Below, piece by piece: positions 1 to 11,567 of a stretch of DNA of 64,000 bases (positions are counted from its first letter, which is position 1; the number at the start of each line of letters is the position of its first letter). The notes beneath the pieces are model-generated. The model had not been told where the DNA came from. It ran no database searches and worked only from the letters and a program-made list of their open reading frames with translations. The translations under genes were made by a program, and so were the position numbers. Source of the stretch: Stylophora pistillata (taxonomy: Eukaryota); assembly GCF_002571385.2 (NCBI RefSeq), contig NW_019217887.1, positions 541,850-605,849 on the forward strand, in the 5' to 3' direction.

Positions 1-396
1 GGTAGAGATTCGTTGTCGGTATCAGTCGGGAATTTTGCTCCCTATCCAGGCGAACCTCTCGCAGATAGCCAAGATGCCGATATGGCCGCCGATGAAGAAG
101 ACGAAGATGGCATTTTGCCCGAAATCCTCTTTTTCGGCTTTCCAACATGCAAGCCACACTCCATGCTTTTACCCTTCTTTCACAGAAGTACACAACCAGT
201 GACGTCACAGGGCTGTTTTGGAAGCGCCAAGATGGCCGCCAATTTTTATCTCAGCCGCTCAACTTCGAATTGTTAAAAATGTACTTTCCGCTATGCGTTG
301 GCCCAAAAAAAGTACACAGCGTTTGCAAATAACGTTCAAACTCTATTATATTGCAAAAATCTTGGATAGGAAAATTACGTTTCAGTAGCACTTTAA
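1..396. mobile_element. End of a Kolobok-like DNA transposon (partial, runs off the window)
   Basis: Ends ...GTAGCACT|TTAA (reverse complement TTAA|AGTGCTAC), the same TTAA|AGTGC terminus seen at 38080 and 63435. It has subterminal GTGACGTCA and AAGATGGCCGCC motifs. Kolobok assignment is inferred from the TTAA target and RR termini. Confidence 0.5.
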
Positions 397-2842
397 CATT
401 TATGAGGTATCGGCTGATTGGAGTCTGGTGAAGAATAGTTGCTCGAGATTTCATTTTTGAGTATGAAGATAAACTTATTTACTTCATAAATGCCTTTTAA
501 GTCGTGTGCTATTGTAGTTCTTCTTTGTTTTTACAGTAGGGGATGGCATCCACTAATGCAGCCTTTGCTATTTGAATGACTCACTCGCTGATTCCGTAGT
601 TTTTGAAATGACTACTTAATATATTTTCTTCTCGGCATATTTCTAAGTTTTATTTGTTGTTAAGCGGGCTGACGGGATTAAATTAAGGCTGAAAAATACA
701 TTATCTGTCTACCGGTACCGAGGGTTTTACAACGGTTGCTGAAAGTGGATCCCTTTTGATGTTTTCTTGCACACTTGTTTTTATCTACTTAGTGGGTGTG
801 GTTGACAAGGGAACATATTTCTCTTACTTAACTAGTTGTCTTAGAGTATGACGGTGATGGCCTGCGATTATACCTTCTTTCTCTTGTCATATTTGCGCAC
901 GCTCCAGGAAGGGTACACCTGATTTCACCTGATCGGCGGGTGGAAGAAAAAAGAAGATTATACTGTAAGGTCTTTTTAAGTCGTTTATACTCGGCTATCG
1001 GTTAATATGTAATGCGATCTCAAGCTCTGAAAGGCTTAACTTCTGCCGTTTTCTTAGCCTGTGGAGCTGGTGCTTAGCGGTAGGCTTAAGCGCACACAAA
1101 ACGGTGAAGCACACCTCTATGCTCATCACTTAGTGCTCATAAAACGGTTAACTCCCATTAAACCGACAGATAAGAAATTTACCATTTTTTCGGTCCATTC
1201 CCCAATGCTCCTGAACACAGGCTGGTAATCGAAAGGCGTTGGAAACCAATGACGCGATCTCACTATCTGAGTGCGGCGAGCGGTGAACTGTCTGCGTGTG
1301 TTTGAACGTTGTCTATTAGATGTAGAATGGTCGAAGCAAAACAACAGGACACTAGACATCTGGTCGAGCTTCTTCCACCCATCTCAGCTCATTCAATCTT
1401 TCCTCACCGAACCGAACCTCATTTCATCTTATACATCTTTTCTCGCTCAAGCCACCTCATCACAACTTACCCACCTCACCCCCCATCTTACTAATAGTAC
1501 CCACCCTACCAGTGTTACTACACCAAAACCATCTAATCAAACCCTACCTCAGCCACAGCACCCATCTCTCTCCATTCCTTCGTCTCACTCCCCCTCACCC
1601 CACCAGTCATAAGCTTACCCAATCCCACCCATCTCCCGTCACTTTTTTAAATTTGATCAGGAGTTCATTTCGCCGTGAGTCATAATTTGTTTAAGTAACA
1701 GCATTTTACTTCCAATTCCCTTTAAATGCGAGAGTCGTCAGAGCAAAACAACAGAGAAGAAATAACACAAAACATATCACCCTTCCACGTATTGCTTTTG
1801 CATAGTATCATTTCTGTATCCAACTGAACGTTTATGTTTTTCTCCTCACATCCATTTTGTGATGTAATAATTTTAATGACTTGACTTGGGTTCGGTGGTC
1901 TGTGAACTCAGTCATATTTATGTTCAATATGGTGTCGACGTTCAATCGGCGTTCTTCTGGTTTTGCCTCTCTACGCTTGTTGATTGGTCTAGAAAGCTTG
2001 CAGCATCGTCTCAACCAATCTAGTTCTAAAAGAGATTAAATCTAAGCACGGCTTAAACATTTGTATTTCCCCGCGCTTAACCAAGTTTCATTTCTCATTG
2101 GCAGTGTAGATTGAACAAAAAAACTCAAGTGAGAGTAGCTTTCAATTGAGTGACCGATAAGTATAAGTAAACCAAGATCGCATTATTATTGCCGCTTTTA
2201 GTCTGAGTTTTCAATATGTCCTTGTGAAGTTGTGAAATGGCAGTTGTGATTCCAGTCGAGCCTGTATTAAAGAGCACCATATAAAGCAGTCACTCTGTAC
2301 TGATTGGTTGGTTGTCACAGTCCCGTAAAATTTTCCTTTAATTACTGAAATTTTCACCTCTATTAAGGTGATTCCTCAGTATTGCATTGCGCATCCTGTC
2401 CTGCGCATAAAAATCACTTAATTAGGCGAATCAGAGCGCGCGCATTCTGAGATTGTAGAAATATTTTAGAAAATAGTGGCCCAGGTAAAAAGGAACGATT
2501 GTCTTAAACTAATATGGTTGTGAAATTCTGGTACCTCATTGACAAGAACAGCTTCTCAGTGCAGGCAGTGGTAGGGTGAGATCTCAGCTAAAATGGTCTA
2601 AAATCGTCACCAGAGAACAAAAATAGCAAAAACAACACTATTTGAAAGTTAGAGTTTGTTTGCTCCATTATTTTCGGAGTTACAGGGCAGAACCTAAACT
2701 CCCCTTCAAAGCGGCCCTATAATTTTCATCCTCTCAAGTAAAGTTTGTGATATTATCCTCTCAGGGAGAGCTTGGGCACCCTGTGCTGTGCACATCGGGG
2801 AATCTCTCATACAAATGTAGCCGTTATAACGAATAGTATGAG

Positions 2843-3369
2843 CACAGGCGACCCAAGCTCTCTTTGAGAACCACACAAGGAACACAATCTGCATATCGAT
2901 TTATGAGGATTTGTATGGGATTTTCTACAAGATATCCATAGAGATAGTTGAAAATGAAAATATTAAATAAAAATGACTTACCTTATTCCATACGTGTGTT
3001 GCTTGCTCCTGGTGTCGTTATTTTACCGATTTCACTTGATTTAAGCGGTTTTTTTAATCCTGGTTTTCTCTTCTTAAAGAGAAGACTTCGTTCGGGAGGC
3101 TGTCTGGACAGAAGTGTTCGGCCTTGTCTTTTCTTTAAGAAGAGAAAACCAGGATTAAAAAAACCGCTTAAATCAAGTGAAATCGGTAAAATAACGACAC
3201 CAGGAGCAAGCAACACACGTATGGAATAAGGTAAGTCATTTTTATTTAATATTTTCACTTTTAACTATCTCTATGGATATCATGTAGAAAATCCCATACA
3301 AATCCTTATAAATCGATATGCAAATTGTGTTCCTTGTGTGGTTCTCAAAGAGAGCTTGGGCCACCTGTG
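2843..3369. mobile_element. Foldback non-autonomous DNA transposon (244-bp inverted arms, 39-bp loop, 7-bp TSD), P/Galileo-like
   Basis: Arms 2843-3086 and 3126-3369 are near-perfect reverse complements with termini CACAGG...CCTGTG. GTATGAG flanks both sides (2836-2842 and 3370-3376). Confidence 0.85.
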
Positions 3370-3718
3370 GTATGAGGAACGAAATATGGTCGATTTACGA
3401 CGTTAAATATTAACCAAAGTATCAACATTTCATAGTAAGATTAATGAAACTGACCTACCTACTCCTTGTGTGTCTGATGCGGTTCCTGGCGATCTCTGCC
3501 GTTTTGAGTTTGCTTTGCCATCACAGTTAGTCCTGCCTGGGGTATTCCTGTTATAGGACGGAATTATAAAAGAGTAAACGTTTATCGTCAGAAGATTCAA
3601 GATTGCTCAAATTCCCATGAAAGAAGGTGCAGCAATTGGAATCCGGATGATATCCATAAAAGTGCATGGTACAATTTCTTTTAAAAGATGACAGCCAGAA
3701 TCTATATATTATTCTCCT

Positions 3719-3819
3719 TGGGATATTGCTCATGCGATAACATTGGTCCAAAGCCATGTTCATATTTTATGGGATATTGCTCATACGATAACATTGGTCC
3801 AAAGCCATGTTCGTATTTC
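3719..3819. repeat. 51-bp tandem duplication (2 copies)
   Basis: TGGGATATTGCTCAT(G/A)CGATAACATTGGTCCAAAGCCATGTTC starts at 3719 and again at 3770. Confidence 0.9.
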
Positions 3820-4139
3820 TCTGAAACTTTTGTTGTTGATAACATTAGAAGTCAACATCGCCAAAATATGTAATATCATTTAGAGCATCGTTTGTAAATT
3901 GCCCCTATGAAAAACAAAAGTCAGCCCGCTGAGATTTTTACAAATTTCAGTTAGCAACCAGAATGTTATAATAACCAATTAGGTGCTTAGTCTGGAGAAA
4001 CTCAAGTAAATGTTTTCTCTGTTTTACCCTAAAGGAAAAAGGACCCAGAAAAAGAATCGATCAGTGTGTTTACATTCACTTGCTCAGAAAATTAAATACA
4101 TCAGAGTAAACACGAATGATGTTACCATGTATGGTCGAA

Positions 4140-4350
4140 GTGCCAATCTGTAAGGATTGAGCGGGAGCTGTTTTAGTTCTGTAACAAAAGGTTGTTTCAC
4201 ACAATCAAACGCCTTACTCAGCAAAGACCATTGCGGATCTCGCGAATAGGCGTACTCCCTTGCATTCTGGGGCATACTTGTTAACCTTATGCTGGACTGA
4301 GTTGCATTTAGCAGTTCTTCCATTAGAACTCTTGCATGAACCCTTAACAC
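4140..4350 (-). mobile_element. Degenerate non-LTR retrotransposon RT fragment
   Basis: Frameshifted minus-strand peptides VQHKVNKYAPECKGVRLFA and SKAFDCVKQPFVTELKQLPLNPY resemble the RT D(F/L)SKAFD region. Confidence 0.55.
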
Positions 4351-4400
4351 GATCTTCTCAAAATCCTCGCAATGACGAAAGCAACATTTACGCCCCGATN

Positions 4401-5580
4401 GACGTCACGCTTGACCTCTCAAGTGGGAAGTATTACCCTTTTACTAAGGAAGGCAACATCCCCCTGTACGTGCATAAAAAATCTAACCACCCACCATCCA
4501 TTCTGCGCAACATCCCTGAATCAATCAATAGGAGGCTCTCCGAGATATCTTCCGACAGGGAATGCTTCGATAGTGCTAAACCTATTTATCAAGAAGCTCT
4601 CAAAAAAAGTGGGTACAGCTACACCCTGTCATTCAACGCTGCATCAAACCAGGCACCACGTCCACGAAGAAACAGGCAGCGGAATATTACTTGGTTTAAC
4701 CCACCATACAGCAAGAACGTGGAAACTAACGTCGGAAAATGCTTCCTTGCACTTATTGATAAGCATTTCACAAAAACTAATCCTCTTCACAAAATTTTCA
4801 ACCGGAACACCCTTAAACTGAGCTACAGCTGCATGGGCAGCATTAAAACTGTCATATCTAACCACAACAAATCTGAAATCCGGAAACTCGCACGCGCTAA
4901 TGATCGAGCTAGGAAAAGCTGCAACTGTCGAAAACCTGACATATGCCCCATGGATGGAAACTGTAACATGGAAAGCATAATTTACCAGGCAGAGGTCACC
5001 ACAGAAACCGCAAAGGAAACGTACATTGGTCTCTGTGACACCGCTTTTAAAATGCGTTACAGGAACCACTTGTGTTCATTCCGAAACGAACGTTACAGGC
5101 ATGCTACTGAACTTAGTAAATGTATATGGAGTCTTAAAGATAAGGATACTAAGTTTAATATTAAGTAGCGCAAGGTGAAACAAGCTAGTTCGTATTCCAA
5201 TGTAGCTAAGAGATGCAATTTGTGTTTGTGGGAAAAATATTTTATCATTTGTAAACCGCAAATGGCAAGTTTAAACAAAAGAAATGAGCTGACATCATGT
5301 TGCAGACATGTCAGGAAATTCCTATTAAAGAACTTAACGTTACGATAGCGCGTACAGTATATTGCGCGCGCATGTACACATTGTTGTCTTTTAAATTTCG
5401 GTGGATTCTAACCGTTACTTCTGGCAGTTGCCTGACGATTGCTTCGCAAGAGGCATGAAACTCAGAGTTGCAGTAAAAGTTCAAGTAACCTAAATCTTGA
5501 AGTAGAATTATCCACAGCTATAGCCCTGCTATTGAGTACTTTTTAGTAGATGATGATCTCATTCCGCTATTTTGGTTATA
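4401..5580 (+). mobile_element. Penelope-like retroelement, 3' part (RT thumb, Cys-rich linker, GIY-YIG endonuclease); one in-frame stop at 5166-5168
   Basis: DVTLDL...[37 protein letters not shown]...YIGL (GIY-YIG), and after the stop CNLCLWEK...LNKRNEL..CRH to the stop at 5346-5348. Starts right after N at 4400. Confidence 0.9.
5427..5474 (+). ncRNA. Type I hammerhead ribozyme in the Penelope 3' region
   Basis: GTTGC-CTGACGA-tTGCTTC(GCAA)GAGGCAt-GAAA-CTCAGAG-TT-GCAGT. Core CUGANGA and GAAA are intact, stem II has a GNRA loop, stem III is short, and the cleavage triplet is GUU. Confidence 0.75.
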
Positions 5581-5596
5581 TACATACATATATATG

Positions 5597-5900
5597 TTAA
5601 TTGACCACTCCCCATGGGCGCTTTTCAGGGACAATTCCCACCCAGCAACCACCCCAGGGAAGGACATCCATCACACAGTAATCTCGTGCATGGGAAATTA
5701 ACGTCTCCTACCCCTAACCCTGCAGGAGACGTGACCTCCATTTATTCGTCCCTATTCGAGAAGACTAGGGTATCTAACCATTTCTTAATAGAAAGGTAGC
5801 ATGTTCTTCTCACTTGTTTTAAGACCTTGAGTGTTGGTCCGGCTGGGGCTCGAGCCCTCGACCTCCAGCGCTCTATCCATTGAGCTAACTGGGAGGTGGT
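5597..5900 (-). mobile_element. tRNA-derived SINE
   Basis: The reverse strand has an A-box-like TAGCTCAATGG and a B-box-like GGCTCGAGCCC. The body matches 20579-20845 and 63930-64000. Confidence 0.75.
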
Positions 5901-6859
5901 GTGCTGTGCACAATGGCCGAGGCATCAGAAGGTGACACGTTAAAGAAAAAACCGAGTTATACTCGAGCTTCAGCCAAGAACAACACAAGGAGATTTTTCG
6001 GAACTAAGTCTAATGCTGGACAGAAGACAGACAAACTTGCTGGTACACTGTAATTGATATTGACTTGAAATTCGCTATGCACGCGCATACGTTCGCGTTC
6101 GTAATTAATAGAGGGAACATAAATGACCGGATGTTCTTGAACCATTTTCGCACTAAAACTGATTTTTAACGCAGTTTCGTCCTTTGTTTTCCTTCTTTGG
6201 TCGCACTTCTTTCCTTTAGCTGTGCACAATAAAACGTTTTACTGTCATGTCGTACCTAAACTTAATTAATGATGACGGAGTTTTTTTCTGTTGTTGTTGT
6301 TTTTACCGTTAACTTTATTTTCTTTGGCCGTTTTTGTAAACTTGCACTGACGTACATTAGTTAATCGCCTCCATCCTTAAACCTGGACCCGGTATAAATA
6401 CCGAAGTCTCTAGTCCCTGAGGGAAAATAAGATCTTCGCACAACCCCATACGTCATTGTTCAGACAGTTCTTGGATAAAGAAAACAGTGGCGAAAGCAGT
6501 AGATTGCTTTTGAGACCACAGCTTCGTTTTGCAATGGTATGGGGCTGTGTGGAAGTCTTTCAGAAATCTTGCTGAAAATATTCACATCAAACTTTCCATT
6601 CCTTGAGGAAATATTGTCAAGGGATTAAAAAAAAGATAATCACACCATATCAACAAGTCACAATGTACAAGATACCTTTCACACACACTGACTCCAGTAT
6701 TCATTTAGTTTACTGTTATTAAAATCTCCACTATTTCTTGTTATTTGAGAAACAGGGGCCAATAAGAGAAGAGTTGTTCATCAGATTCCAGATGAGATTC
6801 TGAACAATCCGTGCTGGATGCTGTGGGACAGGTAAATAATGAGACCCTGGACTCACCAT

Positions 6860-7062
6860 ACAACCCCCATCAGTGACCAAGACAGAATTTCTCCTCACCA
6901 TTAATACAATATCAAGCAGACAAGTGATGAGAATAAAGAAAAATATCAGTTTGGAGTTTCTTAGTTGATCCAATAGCAAATTCTCAGAACTAACATCAAA
7001 AGAATTGTTACAAAGACAGTAGGGAGAATTACTTAACAGATCTTGGGGGTAAAGGGGTTTAA
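6860..7062. mobile_element. MITE-like repeat related to 54402-54603 and 61545-61746
   Basis: Shares CAGTGACCA...AATTTCTCCT with the 54402 copy and ends in GTAAAGGGGTTTAA. Confidence 0.5.
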
Positions 7063-7329
7063 AAAGCTAAGTCAGGTTCAGTTGATTTAGTTTGGTAATT
7101 TCCAGTTAGGTTTACCATGATAAGGATTTTCATTCAGTAGACTTAGGGTAAAAGAAAATTCAAATGTGACTTGGTTCAGTATTTAGATTTATTATCCAAC
7201 TACACCTAGACGAGTACAAATATCACGCAGTATTTGTACTCGTCTATTGTAGTACCGGTTAAACTGGTTTTCTCGCATCGCGCAAGCGAAGAATTGGATC
7301 GTAGTTACGGAAAAAAGAAAAAAGTGGTG

Positions 7330-8158
7330 NNNNNNNNNNNNNNNNNNNNNNNNNNNNNNNNNNNNNNNNNNNNNNNNNNNNNNNNNNNNNNNNNNNNNNN
7401 NNNNNNNNNNNNNNNNNNNNNNNNNNNNNNNNNNNNNNNNNNNNNNNNNNNNNNNNNNNNNNNNNNNNNNNNNNNNNNNNNNNNNNNNNNNNNNNNNNNN
7501 NNNNNNNNNNNNNNNNNNNNNNNNNNNNNNNNNNNNNNNNNNNNNNNNNNNNNNNNNNNNNNNNNNNNNNNNNNNNNNNNNNNNNNNNNNNNNNNNNNNN
7601 NNNNNNNNNNNNNNNNNNNNNNNNNNNNNNNNNNNNNNNNNNNNNNNNNNNNNNNNNNNNNNNNNNNNNNNNNNNNNNNNNNNNNNNNNNNNNNNNNNNN
7701 NNNNNNNNNNNNNNNNNNNNNNNNNNNNNNNNNNNNNNNNNNNNNNNNNNNNNNNNNNNNNNNNNNNNNNNNNNNNNNNNNNNNNNNNNNNNNNNNNNNN
7801 NNNNNNNNNNNNNNNNNNNNNNNNNNNNNNNNNNNNNNNNNNNNNNNNNNNNNNNNNNNNNNNNNNNNNNNNNNNNNNNNNNNNNNNNNNNNNNNNNNNN
7901 NNNNNNNNNNNNNNNNNNNNNNNNNNNNNNNNNNNNNNNNNNNNNNNNNNNNNNNNNNNNNNNNNNNNNNNNNNNNNNNNNNNNNNNNNNNNNNNNNNNN
8001 NNNNNNNNNNNNNNNNNNNNNNNNNNNNNNNNNNNNNNNNNNNNNNNNNNNNNNNNNNNNNNNNNNNNNNNNNNNNNNNNNNNNNNNNNNNNNNNNNNNN
8101 NNNNNNNNNNNNNNNNNNNNNNNNNNNNNNNNNNNNNNNNNNNNNNNNNNNNNNNNNN
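7330..8158. other. Assembly gap (N run)
   Basis: Run of n. Confidence 1.
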
Positions 8159-8760
8159 TAAAACAAGCCTGTCCCTTACAGAACAACTGCCTCGCTTCCT
8201 CCTTAATTTACAAGGCTAAAGTCACCACAAACAAAGACCAAACGGGCAAAAACTACATCGGCCTAACAGAAAATTCTTTTAAACAAAGATACACGCAGCA
8301 TTCCCTCTCATTCCGAAAGAAAGCCTACGCTAACAGCACCGAGCTATCCAAATACATTTGGGAACTTAAGAGCACCAACACTCCCTACTCCATTCATTGG
8401 TCGACAATCCACAAAGCCGCATCTTACAAAGGAAATTCAAGAACATGCAACCTCTGCCTTGCCGAAAAATTCCTCATTATCACCGCGGACAAATTCACTT
8501 CATTAAACAAACGATCAGAACTAATTTCCAAGTGCCGCCATGAAAACAAGTTCTACTTGGGAAACCAATAGAAACAGTCCTTTTGTCTTCTTAATTGCTT
8601 CCTATTATTTTAACTATAATTTCTATTTATAAATTTTCTTTATAGCACGGTATGTTTTCCATCGATAATAAACCGTCTGACGATCGCAGCGCAAGCTGTG
8701 TGAAACTCAGGGTAATGGTGAAACGATCTTCCTGTCATTAATTTATAACCGCTATATACA
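8159..8760 (+). mobile_element. Second Penelope-like element, 3' end (GIY-YIG endonuclease)
   Basis: CPLQNNC...LIYKA...YIGLTENSFKQRY...TELSKYIW...CNLCLAEK...LNKRSELISKCRH, stop at 8569-8571. It is a diverged relative of the 4401 element. Confidence 0.9.
8672..8719 (+). ncRNA. Type I hammerhead ribozyme in the Penelope 3' region
   Basis: ACCGT-CTGACGA-tCGCAGC(GCAA)GCTGTGt-GAAA-CTCAGGG-TA-ATGGT. Stem I is ACCGT/ATGGT, the core is intact, and the cleavage triplet is GUA. Confidence 0.85.
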
Positions 8761-8893
8761 GGTATAGATTATTTTTTCACATTTTAAATACATTTTATAA
8801 TTTTTTTTGTCTATTTATTTATATATATCTTTACTTAGTATTGTAACAATAACATAATTCAGCCCTTTGGCCGCTAAGTTTTTTAATAAAGCC

Positions 8894-8962
<69 letters not shown>

Positions 8963-8968
8963 TCTATA
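8894..8968. repeat. (CTAT)n microsatellite after AATAAA, probably a retroelement 3' tail
   Basis: TTTTAATAAAGCCA followed by (TCTA)n. It marks the left limit of homology for duplication unit 1. Confidence 0.85.
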
Positions 8969-11567
8969 TCGATTGGTCCAGAAAACTCGCGCCACCCCCT
9001 TAACCAATCAAATGCGAACTAACACCAATCACGACTTCGTCGCCGGCGTTTTCCCGCGCTTTAGACAGTTTGGTCGTTTTTACTGCATTGAAAACCAAAC
9101 TCAAAGTAATCACAACAGCCAATCAGAAGAAAGGAACTACCTTTAAGAGCCAATGAGAGAACTCAAAGTAAAAACAACCAAACTACCTAATGCGCGGGGA
9201 AACGCAGGCGACCAAGTTGCATCTGATTCGTTGCGAAAATGGCGCGAGAAATCGCACCAATCAGAGAGCAACGTAAAGCAAAACTAAAAAGACTACTTTG
9301 ACACTTGACGGAAAATTACTCTGTCGTAAGGAAAAATTCTGTCTTGGTCACACAGGGAAATTAAAGGGATAACAGATTGGTAAGGGTCCTTTTAATTGTT
9401 TGAACGATAAGACCAAAAGCAAGAAACAATGGTAAATATAAGCAGCTCGTGTGAGAACAATGTACTGAGTTTGATCGGTTGAAAAAAATCACAATCAATT
9501 TCCAGTTTCGCCCATCAGGTGCATTGCAAACAATTTGGCTCCTTCTTTTACTTAAGAAGTTTTTGTTTATAAACTTGGTTTCTGTGTCGTGTCTGATTTG
9601 AGGAGGTAAAGACATATTCTTAAACGGGAAAGGAATGCAAATTGATTTCTTTTCCATATTTTGCTGCTTACCCATGAGCAAAGAAGTGTGTCCTGTTTAG
9701 TATTCTTATCGTATGATCGGGAAAGCTAAGAGTATGAAAGTGAAATAACGCTTTCCTTGCAAAACAAAGATGAATGGCAGTAACTAGTCTGAGAAAATTA
9801 CTTTTTACCACTTTCCTTTTTTAGAAGGAAGTGTCTTGTTCGAGATTCTAGTCGTGACTAATGAAACCAAAAGTAAGAAACTGAAATAGTGTCCTTATTT
9901 TAGCATGGAGATTTTTCCAATTGTGATTATAAAAAACAGAAACAATTTAACCATGACTACCTCTCTCTTTAGCAATTCATGGTGTGTCAGTATGCTGATC
10001 AATTCAGTAATGGTCTCTGTAAGAACAGCTCTTATTCAAAGGCGTTGATGCATTTAACGTAAACTTGTTGATATCTTACATTAACGCATCAGTACATTAA
10101 TTATCAAATATCGTACTTAGCACGACTCTAGCTTCAAACACTTTCTCGCTTTGTAAAGTAAAGTGAAGCAACCAACTCTATCATTATAGTCAACAGCATA
10201 TGGTAATCTCAGCCAACCACTGAAGTACCGAAGCGTAGCGCTCCCTGCAAAAACTATATGTCATGGCCACACTTTTGATTAATTGACTTGACAGAAAGCC
10301 TGGAGGGGAAGAGAAGTCGACCCTTAATTTGGTTAGGGTGTGCGATGTGCCTCTAGAAGCTCTCCGCTTATTTAGAGCGGTATTACAACGGCTCTGAAGG
10401 GAATTCATCATTAGTATATCATCAACCAGTTCAAGTAGGCAGCCACAGAGTTGCGTTCCTTCAGGAAGTGCGGTCACAATATCTACAGGAGAAGTTTAAC
10501 GGAAAAGCACTCACTTCCACCCCTGGAAATGTCAACGTTGTTGATAATAAAGTTGACTTGACTGAGTGATGATTGACCGTTAGGGGGTAGATAGATGGCT
10601 TTTAATGCTCGAAGCATCAGCCACATGTGTTTCCTCTTATGATAATGACAGGTTATTAACAAAAGAATTTTATGCAGACAGACTGACCGACGCCTTTTTT
10701 TACTTCATGGCTCAGGGTGCTACTTTCAGGAGCTTGAAAGTAACGTGCTACCATTACGAGCCCCGAGCACAAAATTACTTAAAATTTATGTTACATTAAA
10801 GTTGCATAAAATTTATGTCTACACATACATAAAATAAAAATTTTGGACTTAAAATATGTGATAATACAAGATACCATCATCTAGAAAATCTATCTTTGCG
10901 ATTTTCGTTTTGAAAGCAGTTAAATAAAATTTCTTGAGTAATAATCGACTATTCAGTAGACGCTTAAGGATATCACTTTTCACTGCATTTCTTCAGAGGA
11001 AAAAATGAAATGGTCTGAATAATTTACTCGAAATGACAAAAAGTAAATATTGATTCAATTTGATAATAGAACTGTCTTTAACTTTTAATTAAGGACCCTG
11101 AAATTTAACTGTTAACCGACAAAATCGCAAAAAATGACCATCGAAAAAAGAGTGAAGAAGTTGTGATTGTCTGAAGAGGGTCTTGCGCTCAGAACATGCG
11201 CCTGTAGGTACGAACAGATTTCTGAAGAAGACTGATCTTTTAAAATTAATTTAGTTTTACACATGTGATTTGTATCTGTTAATGAATTCGACAACAGAGC
11301 TGATATAACCCGGCCTTTCACTCCCCGGCAAGATCAAAATATCAATTCTCGATTTTCTCTTTGTTCCACGCTCGTGACAGGACAAAAAACATCTTTCCCT
11401 TCCAACTCTCCTCTTTGTCCTCCATACATCTGTTGTAATTGTAGCTTTAAGAATTTGTGTTGAGTCAAACAGTGTGATTATCCACTCCTGATATTTTATT
11501 ATCTTCTTATTACCTATCTGGTTAGTAATGGAATCATTCCTGGAAGTAAAAGAGTTTAAATACATTG

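Noticed and set aside
2948-3258. Two mirror-image ~92-aa ORFs
   Set aside because: They result from the inverted repeat, and no domain is recognisable.
3460-3547. Possible minus-strand exon (AG...GTAGGT)
   Set aside because: I could not link it to other exons or to a recognisable protein.
7192-8186. Long ORFs in the track
   Set aside because: They are artefacts of the N gap. Only 8159-8571 is real coding-derived sequence.
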